From an uncultured Alphaproteobacteria bacterium (GTDB taxonomy: Bacteria > Pseudomonadota > Alphaproteobacteria > Acetobacterales > Acetobacteraceae), in contig CAVZNH010000070.1 in assembly GCA_963776505.1 (NCBI GenBank), positions 81,171 to 145,170 of the forward strand: a stretch of DNA of 64,000 nucleotides, given 5' to 3'. The notes beneath the pieces are model-generated. The model did not search any database. It was not told the DNA's origin and saw nothing but the letters and a program-made list of their open reading frames with translations. The position numbers and the translations under genes were made by a program. Shown here piece by piece: positions 41,594 through 50,973 of the stretch; within the stretch, counting starts at the first letter, position 1; each line of letters opens with the position of its first letter.

Positions 41594-41619
41594 CACGCAG
41601 GATTGGACAATTGAACCGA

Positions 41620-41694
41620 TGGTGGGTGCGACTGGGATTGAACCAGTGACCCCCGCCGTGTGAAGACGGTGCTCTGCCGCTGAGCTACGCACCC
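41620..41694 (-). tRNA. tRNA-Val (anticodon CAC), CCA encoded
   Basis: My fold is GGGTGCG-TA-GCTC-AGCGGCA-GAGC-A-CCGTC-TTCACAC-GGCGG-GGGTC-ACTGG-TTCAATC-CCAGT-CGCACCC-A-CCA, 75 nt. Confidence 0.95.
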
Positions 41695-41704
41695 ATCGCA
41701 GGCT

Positions 41705-41734
41705 GAAATAGGCGGCACCGCTTTTTGGTGTCAA
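41705..41734 (-). promoter_or_regulatory. Sigma-70-like promoter for tRNA-Val
   Basis: On the minus strand: TTGACA, an 18-nt spacer, then TATTTC, ending about 10 nt before the tRNA 5' end. Confidence 0.5.
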
Positions 41735-41765
41735 GCCGCGTTGTTCTACGCTTGTTTTCAGTCTG

Positions 41766-42575
41766 GTGCAGCGCAACATGCCGAGCATGCGCCCCATGGC
41801 CGTCACCGCATTCGGGTTGGCTTGCCTCGCGACCACCGCGGCGCAGGCGCAGGTCGCACAGGTCCAGCTCAGCTACGACACCTACGCCGCTGGCATCGAA
41901 GTGATGCAGATGCAGACGTATTTCGGGCTTGGTCCGTGGAATTATCACATCGATCTCGACTACCACACGACCGGTCTCGTCGGCCTGTTCTATCGTGGCC
42001 GCCAGACCAACAGCGTGCATGGCACATGGCACGACGACGAGGTGGCACCACTGGAGTTCTCCGGCGAAGGCGTCTGGCGCGGACACGAACGCCGCACCCT
42101 GATCGCCTATGATAACGGCGTGCCGCAGATCAAAGAGCTCCAGCCGCCGCAGGAGACCGAGCGCGAGCCCGTGCCGCCGGGGATGCAGCGTCACACCATG
42201 GACACGCTCAGCGCCCTGGCCCAGCTCATGCGCCGGGTCCAGAAAGACCACACCTGCGACACCGAAGTGCACACCTACGACGGCCGGCGCCTGCTGGACG
42301 TCGTGGCGCACACCGGCGGCCCCGAGCACCTGGACCCGACCAGCCGTTCCAGCTTCAGTGGGGCGACTCTGCGCTGCGATTTTGAAGGACGTGAGCTCGC
42401 CGGCTTCCTGCTGGGCGAGGACGATGCGGAGCACCGCAGTCCGCTCCGCGGGTCCGCCTGGCTGGCACCCGTGCTTCCCGGCGGACCGCCGCTACCGGTG
42501 CGGATCGCGTTCCAGACCCGCTGGTTCGGCTGGGCGACCATGTATCTGACCGCCGCGACCGAACGGCCGGAATAG
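41766..42575 (+). CDS. DUF3108-like secreted/outer-membrane protein
   Basis: Signal peptide (..AFGLACLATTAAQAQ) and a pattern (YDTYAAGIEV..LDYHTTGLVGLFY..FQTRWFGWATMYL) resembling DUF3108. Confidence 0.6.
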   Translation: MQRNMPSMRPMAVTAFGLACLATTAAQAQVAQVQLSYDTYAAGIEVMQMQTYFGLGPWNYHIDLDYHTTGLVGLFYRGRQTNSVHGTWHDDEVAPLEFSGEGVWRGHERRTLIAYDNGVPQIKELQPPQETEREPVPPGMQRHTMDTLSALAQLMRRVQKDHTCDTEVHTYDGRRLLDVVAHTGGPEHLDPTSRSSFSGATLRCDFEGRELAGFLLGEDDAEHRSPLRGSAWLAPVLPGGPPLPVRIAFQTRWFGWATMYLTAATERPE

Positions 42576-42577
42576 CG

Positions 42578-43230
42578 TCACGCCATCAGCCGTTTGGCGA
42601 TGGCAGCCAGTTCGCCGAAATCCCGCGCCACCGCGTCGGCTCCCTCGGCCATTGCCGCCGGCCCATAGCCCCAGGCGGCAAAGACGCACGGCACGCCGGC
42701 ACCGCGCGCGGCAACCACATCGTTGGCGTGATCGCCCGCCATCACCGCATGCGCCGGCTCGCCGGCCGCTGCCTGCAATGTGGCCAGCAGATGCGCCGGG
42801 TCCGGCTTGCGGAAGGGAAAACTGTCGCCGCCACCAACCGCCGCGAACAGCGGGGCAAGCCCCAGCGCGGTCAGCAGGGCACGTGCCGCCTTCTCCGGCT
42901 TGTTGGTGCAGACCGCCAGCTTCCAGCCCTCGCACGCCAGAGTGTGCAGACCGTCGGCAACCCCGGGATACGGCCTGGTCTCCACCGCGGCATGCTGCAA
43001 ATAGTCGGCCGAGAAATCGGCCACCGCGCCCGCGTCCGGCGTTCTGCCGCGCGCGGCGAAGGCCCGCTCGACCAGCCGCGCCACGCCGTCGCCCACCAGT
43101 CAGCGCCGTCTCCGGATGGGAAAACCCGGCCAGTCCGCGGGCCTTCATCAGGCGGTTCAGCGCCGCAGCAAGGTCCGGCACCGAGTTCGACCAGCGTGCC
43201 GTCGAGATCGAGCAGCAGTGTGCGGACCAC
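42578..43230 (-). CDS. gph: Phosphoglycolate phosphatase (HAD), apparent N-terminal frameshifts
   Basis: LLLDLDGTLV (HAD motif I) and ..SVPDLAAALNRLM.. are in other frames. The main ORF carries CTNKPE, GGDSFPFRKPDP, MAGDHANDV. Confidence 0.8.
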
Positions 43231-43334
43231 GCCGTTGCACTCCGAAATGGGATTTGAACCATCAGGATAGAGACAAGCTTTGACAAGGCGTAGCCTCAAG
43301 CGGCAAAAAGAACGGCAAAGTAACGAGGGACTGC

Positions 43335-44654
43335 ATGACACGCACGGCGGTAATCCTGGCCGCAGGTATCGGGACGCGCATGAAGTCCGCGCTGCCCAAG
43401 GCGCTGCACAAGATCGCCGGTCGCTCCATGCTGCGCCACCTGGTGTCGAGCTGCGAACGGGTGTTCGACCGCATCGTCGTGGTAATCGGGCCGAACATGG
43501 ACGTCCTGCGACAGGAGGCCACCCCGCACGTCTGCGTCGTGCAGCAGCAGCGCCTCGGCACCGCACACGCTGCCCTGATCGCGGCGCCGCACTTCGGCGA
43601 CGGCGAGGTGGCGTTGCTGTATGCCGACGCTCCACTTATTCGCTCCGAGACGTTGCGTCATCTGCTGGACCGTCGAGCAGTCGGCGATGCGGCGCTGACA
43701 TTACTTGCTTTCCGCCCGGTCGACCCTGCCCGTTATGGTCGCGTGATCACACGCGGCGGTTACGTTGAACGCATTGTCGAATGGATCGACGCGGCGGAAG
43801 CGGAACGCGCCGAGACGCTGTGCAATGCCGGCGTGTTCTGCGCAACCGCTGCAGACATGGCGCGCTGGCTGCGCGAGGTGCGCGCGGACAATGCCAAGGG
43901 CGAATACTACCTCACCGATATCGTTGCTTTGGCGCACGCGGATGGCGGACGCATCGCAGCGGTGGAAGCGCCGCCCGACGAAGTCGCCGGCATCAATTCC
44001 CGCAGCGAACTCGCGGTCGCCGAGGCGGCAGTGCAGTCACGCCTGCGCGTCGCTGCAATGGATGCCGGAGTCACCATGATCGATCCAGGCTCCGTGTTCC
44101 TTTGCGCCGACACCGAGCTGGCCGCGGACGTGACGATAGAACCCAACGTGGTGTTCGGCCCGGGCGTCAAGGTCGCATCCGGCGCGCTTATCCGGTCGTT
44201 CAGTCACCTGGAAGGCTGCATCATCGGACCTAGCTGCGTCGTCGGTCCGTATGCCAGGCTGCGGCCCGGCGCGGACCTCGCCGAGCAGGTTCACATCGGC
44301 AACTTCGTCGAGGTGAAGGCCGCCAAACTCGGCGCCGGCGCCAAGGCCAACCACCTGACCTATCTCGGCGACGCGGACATCGGCGAAGCAACCAACATCG
44401 GCGCCGGCACCATCACCTGCAACTACGACGGCTACAACAAGCATCGCACGACGATCGGCGCACGCGCCTTCATCGGCTCCGACACCGCGCTGGTGGCGCC
44501 GGTGACGGTTGGCGATGGCGCCATAGTGGCAGCCGGCAGCGTGATCACCGAGGACGTGCCATCCGACGCGCTGGCGGTCGCGCGTGGGCGGCAAGAGAAC
44601 AAGCACGGCCGCGCCCGGATCCTGCGCGAGAAACTGCAAGGAAAGCGGCGTTAG
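43335..44654 (+). CDS. glmU: Bifunctional UDP-N-acetylglucosamine pyrophosphorylase / glucosamine-1-phosphate acetyltransferase
   Basis: ILAAGIGTRMKSALPK, left-handed beta-helix hexapeptide repeats in the C-terminal half, 439 aa. Confidence 0.96.
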   Translation: MTRTAVILAAGIGTRMKSALPKALHKIAGRSMLRHLVSSCERVFDRIVVVIGPNMDVLRQEATPHVCVVQQQRLGTAHAALIAAPHFGDGEVALLYADAPLIRSETLRHLLDRRAVGDAALTLLAFRPVDPARYGRVITRGGYVERIVEWIDAAEAERAETLCNAGVFCATAADMARWLREVRADNAKGEYYLTDIVALAHADGGRIAAVEAPPDEVAGINSRSELAVAEAAVQSRLRVAAMDAGVTMIDPGSVFLCADTELAADVTIEPNVVFGPGVKVASGALIRSFSHLEGCIIGPSCVVGPYARLRPGADLAEQVHIGNFVEVKAAKLGAGAKANHLTYLGDADIGEATNIGAGTITCNYDGYNKHRTTIGARAFIGSDTALVAPVTVGDGAIVAAGSVITEDVPSDALAVARGRQENKHGRARILREKLQGKRR

Positions 44655-46479
44655 ATGTGCGGCATTGTAGGCATTATCGGCTCGAGACAGGCGGCCCCAA
44701 TGATCCTGGATTTATTGCGCCGACTGGAATACCGCGGCTATGACAGCGCTGGCATTGCCACCCTGGTCGACGGCCATATCGAACGCCGCCGCGCCGAAGG
44801 CAAGCTAGGCAAGCTTGCCGCGGCGCTGGAACTCGCGCCCCTTGGCGGGACTACCGGCATCGGCCATACGCGCTGGGCGACGCACGGCGCGCCAACCGAA
44901 AACAACGCCCATCCGCATGGCACCTCGCGCGTATCCGTGGTGCACAACGGCATCATCGAGAACCACGCAGAACTACGCGCCGAACTCGAGGCCGCAGGGC
45001 AGGTATTCACCACCGAGACCGATACCGAGACCGTGGCGCAGTTGGTCGATCTGAACCTGCAGCGTGGCATGAGCCCGGTCGCAGCGGCTGGCGCCGCGTT
45101 CCGTCGGCTGGAAGGCGCCTATGCGCTGGCGATGATCTTCTCCGGCCATCCCGAGCTCATCGTCGGCGCACAGCACGGCGCGCCGCTCGCGGTGGGCTTC
45201 GGCGAAAACGAAATGTTCGTCGGGTCCGACGGCTTGGCGCTGGCGCCGCTGACACACCGCATCGCCTATCTCAGCGATGGCGACTGGACCGTGATCGACC
45301 GCAAGGGTGCGCGGTTCTTCGACATGAGTGGCGCCGAAGTGCAGCGCGAAGTGAAGCTGACGCGGCTCACCGGTGCGGCAATCGGCAAAGGCAATTTCCG
45401 CCACTTCATGGAAAAGGAGCTGCACGAGCACCCGGCGGTGATCGGCGACACCCTGCATCGCATGATCAATCCCGCGACGCGCGCGGTCGCCTTGCCCCCG
45501 CTGCCATTCGACTTTGCGACGCTCCCGCGCATCACGATCAGTGCGTGCGGCAGTGCATTCTATGCCGGCCTGGTTGCGCGCTGGTGGTTCGAGGCGATCA
45601 CGCGGATACCAACAGACGCCGATGTCGCCAGCGAATTCCGCTATCGGTACTCCACCGATGCCGAAGGGTGGGCTTGGTCTGCTCGTGTCCCAGTCGGGCG
45701 AGACCGCCGACACGTTGGCGGCGCTGCGCTACATGCATGAGCAGGGCCAGCACGTGCTGTCGGTGCTGAACGTACCGGAAAGCAGCATGTCCCGCGAGAG
45801 CGACGCGGTGCTGGAGACCGTGGCAGGACCGGAAATCGGCGTCGCCAGCACCAAGGCGTTCACCGCGCAGCTCGCTGCGATGGCGTGCCTCGCGCTCGGT
45901 GCGGCGCGCGCGCGTAATGCGATCAGCGCGAAGGAGGAAGCGGCGATGACCAACGCGCTGCTGGAAGTGCCCAGCCGCGCGGCCGAGGTGCTTGACAAGC
46001 ATGACGAGATCAAGGCGCTGGCGCATCGCATCGCGCAGGCGCGCGACGTGCTCTACCTCGGACGCGGCAACTGCTTCCCCATCGCGCTGGAAGGCGCGCT
46101 GAAGCTGAAGGAGATCAGCTATATCCACGCCGAGGGATATGCAGCCGGCGAGATGAAGCACGGCCCGATCGCTCTGATCGACAAGGACGTGCCGGTGGTT
46201 TCCATCGTGCCGTCGGGCCCGCTGTTCGAGAAGACCGCGTCGAACCTGCAGGAAGCTGCCGCGCGCGGCGGGCAGATCATCGTGTTCAGCGACGCGGCCG
46301 GCGCGGCCAAGCTCCGCGGGATCGCAGTAGAGACCATCGTGCTACCGGCAGTCGATCCATTCGTCGCGCCGATCCTTTACGCGGTCCCCGTGCAGTTGCT
46401 GGCCTATCACGTCGCCATACTGAAGGGCACCGACGTAGACCAGCCGCGCAATCTCGCGAAGTCCGTAACCGTGGAATAG
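44655..46479 (+). CDS. glmS: Glutamine--fructose-6-phosphate aminotransferase, apparent frameshift near 45648
   Basis: N-terminal nucleophile MCGIVG. SIS domains (LLVSQSGETADTL) continue in the 45514 frame. The C-terminus is ..DQPRNLAKSVTVE*. Confidence 0.95.
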
Positions 46480-46483
46480 ACAA

Positions 46484-46523
46484 CCCCCCCTCCCCTCGCG
46501 GGAGGGGGTCGGGGAGAGGGGGC
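46484..46523 (+). repeat. C-rich/G-rich REP-like element, copy 3
   Basis: ccccccctcccctcgcgggagggggtcggggagagggggc, between the convergent glmS and PhzF-family genes. Confidence 0.8.
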
Positions 46524-46524
46524 G

Positions 46525-47454
46525 CTACAGTTCCACGGTCCCCCTAAACACCGGCACACAGCTCCCCTCCACCGTCGCCAGCACCGGCCCCTCCGCCGTC
46601 TTGCGCGCCGAGGCAATGATCGTACTCGGCCGCCCCATCTCGGCACCCTGCAAAATCTCGTAGGCCAGGTCCGCATTCTCGCCCGGCGCCAGCGACGTCA
46701 GCAGCGCGGCGAGTGCGGCGTTGGCACTGCCAGTCGCCGGATCCTCCATAATGCCCCCCAGCGGTGCGAACATGCGCGCAGCCAGCCGGGTCGCATCGCC
46801 ATCCCGCCGCGCATAGAGCAGCAGCGAGAATCGCGTCGCGACCTCAGGAAACGTCTCGGCAGCCGCACGGAACGCACCAATATCCGGACTGGCGCGCGAC
46901 AACGCCGCCACGCTCGCAACCTCGGCAATGACGAATGGCGTCCCCACCGAGGCGACCAGCGGCGTATGGGCGTTTGTAGCGATATCCGATTCCGCCAGAC
47001 CCGCGCACGCTGCGACGACTTCCTCGGGAATCTCGATATCGATGGACAGCGCACGTGGCGCCGAAATGCGCGCCCCAACAATCGTGCGACCCGCACGCAG
47101 CACGTGCACACGCACCAGCCCGGCAAGTTCCTCGAACACGTAGTGCTCGGGCGGATTTTCGTCGCGCTGCGCCAGCACGTAGCCCGTGCCCACATTCGGA
47201 TGGCCGGCAAACGGCAGCTCGGCACGCGGCGTGAAGATGCGCACCTTCGCATGGTGCTGCGGATTGTCAGGCGGCAGAACGAACGTCGTCTCCGACAGAT
47301 TGAACTCCAGCGCCAGCGCCTGCATCTGCTCGTCGGTCAACCCGCGCGCATCGGGAAACACCGCGAGCGGGTTGCCGCCAAAGCGTCGGTCGGTGAACAC
47401 ATCGACGGTGATGAATTCATAGGTCGGCATGGCGAACCTCGCTGCTGCGTTCAC
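46525..47454 (-). CDS. PhzF-family isomerase/epimerase-like protein
   Basis: FITVDVFTDRRFGGNPLAVF..LALEFNLSETTFV..FAGHPNVGT. 309 aa. Confidence 0.88.
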   Translation of the reverse strand: MNAAARFAMPTYEFITVDVFTDRRFGGNPLAVFPDARGLTDEQMQALALEFNLSETTFVLPPDNPQHHAKVRIFTPRAELPFAGHPNVGTGYVLAQRDENPPEHYVFEELAGLVRVHVLRAGRTIVGARISAPRALSIDIEIPEEVVAACAGLAESDIATNAHTPLVASVGTPFVIAEVASVAALSRASPDIGAFRAAAETFPEVATRFSLLLYARRDGDATRLAARMFAPLGGIMEDPATGSANAALAALLTSLAPGENADLAYEILQGAEMGRPSTIIASARKTAEGPVLATVEGSCVPVFRGTVEL

Positions 47455-47816
47455 TCATCGTCATCATCGACATCGATGCGCCGCGGATCGAGCGAGCGCC
47501 AGTCGCGATCCTCGGAACCGCCAGGATTATCGACGAAATCGCCCAGCTCGGTCGCGCTGCGCCAACCGGCCTCGCCGGCATCGATCACCTCGGCATCCTC
47601 GCCAAACGCGAACCAGGCCTCCAGCACCTCCTTCGCATTCATGCCGGACAGACGGCACCGCTCCAGCGAATCGCGCACATAACGGCGCGCGAAGGCATTG
47701 GCCTGCATCAGCGTCTCGAATCCGCCGATCTCCTCAACGATGTTGTCCTGCGCACCGCCCGAAAGATCCAGGATGCGCACGCGCCAGCCACCATCAGGGG
47801 CGAACATGTCGCTCAT
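47451..47816 (-). CDS. Acidic hypothetical protein (121 aa)
   Basis: Starts at MSDMFAPDGGW with ATGA overlaps on both sides (permease upstream, PhzF-like downstream). Poly-acidic tail DVDDDDE. The ORF-track start at 48077 is an extension. Confidence 0.6.
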   Translation of the reverse strand: MSDMFAPDGGWRVRILDLSGGAQDNIVEEIGGFETLMQANAFARRYVRDSLERCRLSGMNAKEVLEAWFAFGEDAEVIDAGEAGWRSATELGDFVDNPGGSEDRDWRSLDPRRIDVDDDDE

Positions 47817-48661
47817 GCCTTGACCGAACCTGACGTCAGACCTGCCACATAATGTTCCACGAAGAACGAATAGATGATTGCCACCGGGATCGAACCCAGC
47901 AGCGCCGCCGCCATAAGCTGACCCCAGTAGAACACGTCGCCCTTCACCAACTCGGCGATCGCGCCGACTGGGACTGTTCGAACATCGGTCTGCGTGAGGA
48001 AGATCAGCGCATAAAGGAATTCGTTCTGCGACAATGTGAAGGCGAATATGCCGGCTGAGATGAAGCCAGGAATGCACAATGGCAGGAAGATGCGGAACAT
48101 GGTCTGCAGGCGGGTTGCGCCGTCGATTCGCGCGGCGTCCTCCAGCTCATGCGGCACTGTACGGAAATAGCCCATCAAAAGCCAGGCGCAGAAAGGGATC
48201 AGCAGTGTGGGATAGGTAAGTATGACCGAGGTCAGCGTATCGCCAAGGCCCAGGTGGTTAATGATGTCGGCCAGAGGAATGAACAGCAGCGGCTGCGGCA
48301 CCAGGTAGGTTGCAGCGACGGCGAACGAGATCAGCGCCGCACCGGGGAACCGCGTGCGCGCCAGCGGATAGGCCAGCATGACACCGAACACCAGCGAGAT
48401 CGCGGTGGAGATCACAGCCACCACCAATGTATTCCAGGTCCAGACGATGAAGTTGGTCTCGGTCAGCAGATCGACATAGTGCTTCAGCGTCGGATGATAG
48501 ACAATCAGCGGCATAATACGACGATTGTACAGCTCCTGGTTTGGCTTTAGCGACGTGATCGCCATCCAGTAGAACGGAAACAGGGTGAATACCAGAAAGC
48601 AGCCAAGCGGCAGCCACAGCTTTACCGCGCGCACCGTCCAGCCGCGACGCTCAACCATCAT
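47813..48661 (-). CDS. Carbohydrate-type ABC permease (MalG-like)
   Basis: 282 aa with an EAA-type loop (..LEDAARIDGATRLQTMFRIFLP..). Confidence 0.9.
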   Translation of the reverse strand: MMVERRGWTVRAVKLWLPLGCFLVFTLFPFYWMAITSLKPNQELYNRRIMPLIVYHPTLKHYVDLLTETNFIVWTWNTLVVAVISTAISLVFGVMLAYPLARTRFPGAALISFAVAATYLVPQPLLFIPLADIINHLGLGDTLTSVILTYPTLLIPFCAWLLMGYFRTVPHELEDAARIDGATRLQTMFRIFLPLCIPGFISAGIFAFTLSQNEFLYALIFLTQTDVRTVPVGAIAELVKGDVFYWGQLMAAALLGSIPVAIIYSFFVEHYVAGLTSGSVKA

Positions 48662-49596
48662 GATCTGGCCGGTCGCATGTAGATCGCCATCGCGATGATG
48701 ATCAACGCCAGCGGCGGCACCATGGCAAGCGCGATAGAGGCACCCATGCCGAGCTGACCGCCGCCCATCGCCACATCGAACGCATAGGTGGCGAACAGGT
48801 GCGTGGCATTCGCCGGCCCGCCGCGCGTCAGCACATAGACAAGTTGGAAGTCGGCAAACGTGAAGATCACCGAGAACATCGTGACGATGAATATCACCGG
48901 CTTCAGCAGGGGCAGAGTGACATAGCGAAAGCGCGCCCAGGCGCTGGCGCCGTCAATTGTCGCGGCCTCATACAGCTCAGGTGAAATCGTCTGCAATCCG
49001 GCGAGCAGCGTAATCGCGTAGAACGGCAGCCCGCGCCAGGTATTCACCACGATCAGCGAACCCATCGCCAGGCTCGGATCGCCCAGCCACGACGGCCCCG
49101 GGTTGGCAATGCCCAAATGAATCAGGAACCAGTTGATCACGCTGAATGCCGGGTCGAGGATCCACATCCATGAAATCGTGCTGAGCACGGTGGGCACGAT
49201 GAACGGCAGCAGCATTACTGCGCGGATCAGATTTTTGAACCTGAACTCCTGGTTCATCACCAGTGCGAGCCCGAGCCCGCCGACCATCTTCAGAATCGTC
49301 GCGGCAAATGTGTAGACGAAGGTGTTCTGCACCACCTGCCAGAATACCGGGTCGTGCCAGTTGGCAACGAAGTTGGCGAGCCCGACAAAATGGCCCGCGT
49401 GAGCAACCGGCCGGTCCTCTAATGACAGAAAGATGCCCCAGACAAACGGATAACCGACCAAGGCCAGCAGAAATAGTATCGGTGGCGTTACCATAAGCCA
49501 GCTAAACACCGCCTCACGCTCCACCCAGCGCCTGAACCGTGGTGTGTGGCGTAAACGGATCGCGGCAGTTGCGATGCTATCGCTATGCGCGGACAT
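48658..49596 (-). CDS. Carbohydrate-type ABC permease (MalF-like)
   Basis: 312 aa with an EAA-type loop (..YEAATIDGASAWARFRYVTLP..). Confidence 0.9.
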   Translation of the reverse strand: MSAHSDSIATAAIRLRHTPRFRRWVEREAVFSWLMVTPPILFLLALVGYPFVWGIFLSLEDRPVAHAGHFVGLANFVANWHDPVFWQVVQNTFVYTFAATILKMVGGLGLALVMNQEFRFKNLIRAVMLLPFIVPTVLSTISWMWILDPAFSVINWFLIHLGIANPGPSWLGDPSLAMGSLIVVNTWRGLPFYAITLLAGLQTISPELYEAATIDGASAWARFRYVTLPLLKPVIFIVTMFSVIFTFADFQLVYVLTRGGPANATHLFATYAFDVAMGGGQLGMGASIALAMVPPLALIIIAMAIYMRPARS

Positions 49597-49616
49597 GGCC
49601 GGGCTTCACCACGCTA

Positions 49617-50906
49617 TCAGGCGCGGTAGATTTGCTTGAGCTGTGCATTGGCCTCGGCGATCACGTCCTTGGTGGACTTGCCGGTGCAGGCCTTTGCGAA
49701 CATGTCGACGACAACGTATTTCGCCACGCTCTCCGACTGCTTCCGGCTGATCGGCGCCGGCCAGCCCGGCAGATGCGACGTCGCAAGCGAGTTGCGATAC
49801 GCCAGATTTCGCGGCTCCGCGTGCCAGATCGGCGCGTCATCATACGCATGCAAATAGGGTGCGTAGTAGCTCACGGCGATATCGTACCAACCAGCTGCCT
49901 GCTTCGGGTCCATCAGCCACCGCAGGAAGTCCTTGGCCGCCTGCGGGTCCGATGTATGTGTGAAGATCGAGTGGCTCCACGGATTGAGAATGTGGAACCG
50001 CCCCCTGGGTCCTTGCGGATTTAGCGACTGGTCAGTCACCTTGCCGATGTCCGGAAAGTCCTTGACGGCGACATAAAGGATGCTTTCCGCATTGTTGGTG
50101 CACGAGATCTGCTCGGCCAGGAACGCCTTGTTGTTCGATGGATCGGTCCAGCCAGGTACATCTTGGAACATCGTCTGTTGGAAGAACTTGCGGCAGAAAT
50201 CCACCGCCCGAGCCGTCTCGTCGGAATCGATCACGACTGTCTTCCCGTCCGGCTCCACTTCACGCCCGCCGTACGACCATAGAAGCGGGTACAGCCAGCC
50301 GTGATTGTCGCCAAAGCCGTGACCCAGCTCGAAGCCGAACGGATGGCCGGCCTTCTTCAGCTTTGTGCCGGCTTCCAGCAGCTCGTCCCAGGTGTCCGGG
50401 AACCTCTTGAAGCCGGCTTCCGCGAACCAGTCAGTCCGCCAGACCATCAGTTGACCGATATTGCCGAATGGAATCGCCTTCCACTTGCCATTGACGATCA
50501 CCGCTTCCTTGATCGGGTCCTGCCATCCACCTGACTGCTTGGCGATTTCCTCGGCAATATCGCTGACATCGACCAGCCTCTCGTCGAACAGATACGGCCA
50601 GTCGTACTCCATGAGTGTGAGATCGGGCCCAGATCCGGTTTCAGCAATCGACGTGACGCGCGTCTGCAACGAGCCAACGCTGGTCAACTCGTAGTTGATC
50701 TTTATGCCGGTCGCCTTCTCGTAAGCAGGCGCCAGCTTGTCCTTGAAATACGCATCGTACGGCGGGATGAACGAGTTCTCATGCACCAGCGTCATCGACT
50801 TCGGCGCCGCACTCGCCAGCGTCCGCCCGAACATTGCACCCGCCCCGGCCAGTCCCGCCAGCTTCAGCACGTCGCGCCGCAACGCTGACTGAATAATATT
50901 GGCCAT
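49617..50906 (-). CDS. Extracellular solute-binding protein, family 1
   Basis: Tat/Sec-like leader (..RRDVLKLAGLAGAGAMFGRTLASAAP). 429 aa. First gene of the operon. Confidence 0.88.
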   Translation of the reverse strand: MANIIQSALRRDVLKLAGLAGAGAMFGRTLASAAPKSMTLVHENSFIPPYDAYFKDKLAPAYEKATGIKINYELTSVGSLQTRVTSIAETGSGPDLTLMEYDWPYLFDERLVDVSDIAEEIAKQSGGWQDPIKEAVIVNGKWKAIPFGNIGQLMVWRTDWFAEAGFKRFPDTWDELLEAGTKLKKAGHPFGFELGHGFGDNHGWLYPLLWSYGGREVEPDGKTVVIDSDETARAVDFCRKFFQQTMFQDVPGWTDPSNNKAFLAEQISCTNNAESILYVAVKDFPDIGKVTDQSLNPQGPRGRFHILNPWSHSIFTHTSDPQAAKDFLRWLMDPKQAAGWYDIAVSYYAPYLHAYDDAPIWHAEPRNLAYRNSLATSHLPGWPAPISRKQSESVAKYVVVDMFAKACTGKSTKDVIAEANAQLKQIYRA

Positions 50907-50973
50907 CCCGCTCTCCCCTACGCGACCGGGACGTTATGGGGCGGAAACTGGTGAAGTCAACGCCACGGAGATG

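Noticed and set aside
41258-41836. 192-aa minus-strand ORF
   Set aside because: It reads straight through tRNA-Val (the ..SAAEHRLHTAGVTGSIPVAPT.. segment is the translated tRNA) and through the tRNA promoter, so it is not a protein gene.
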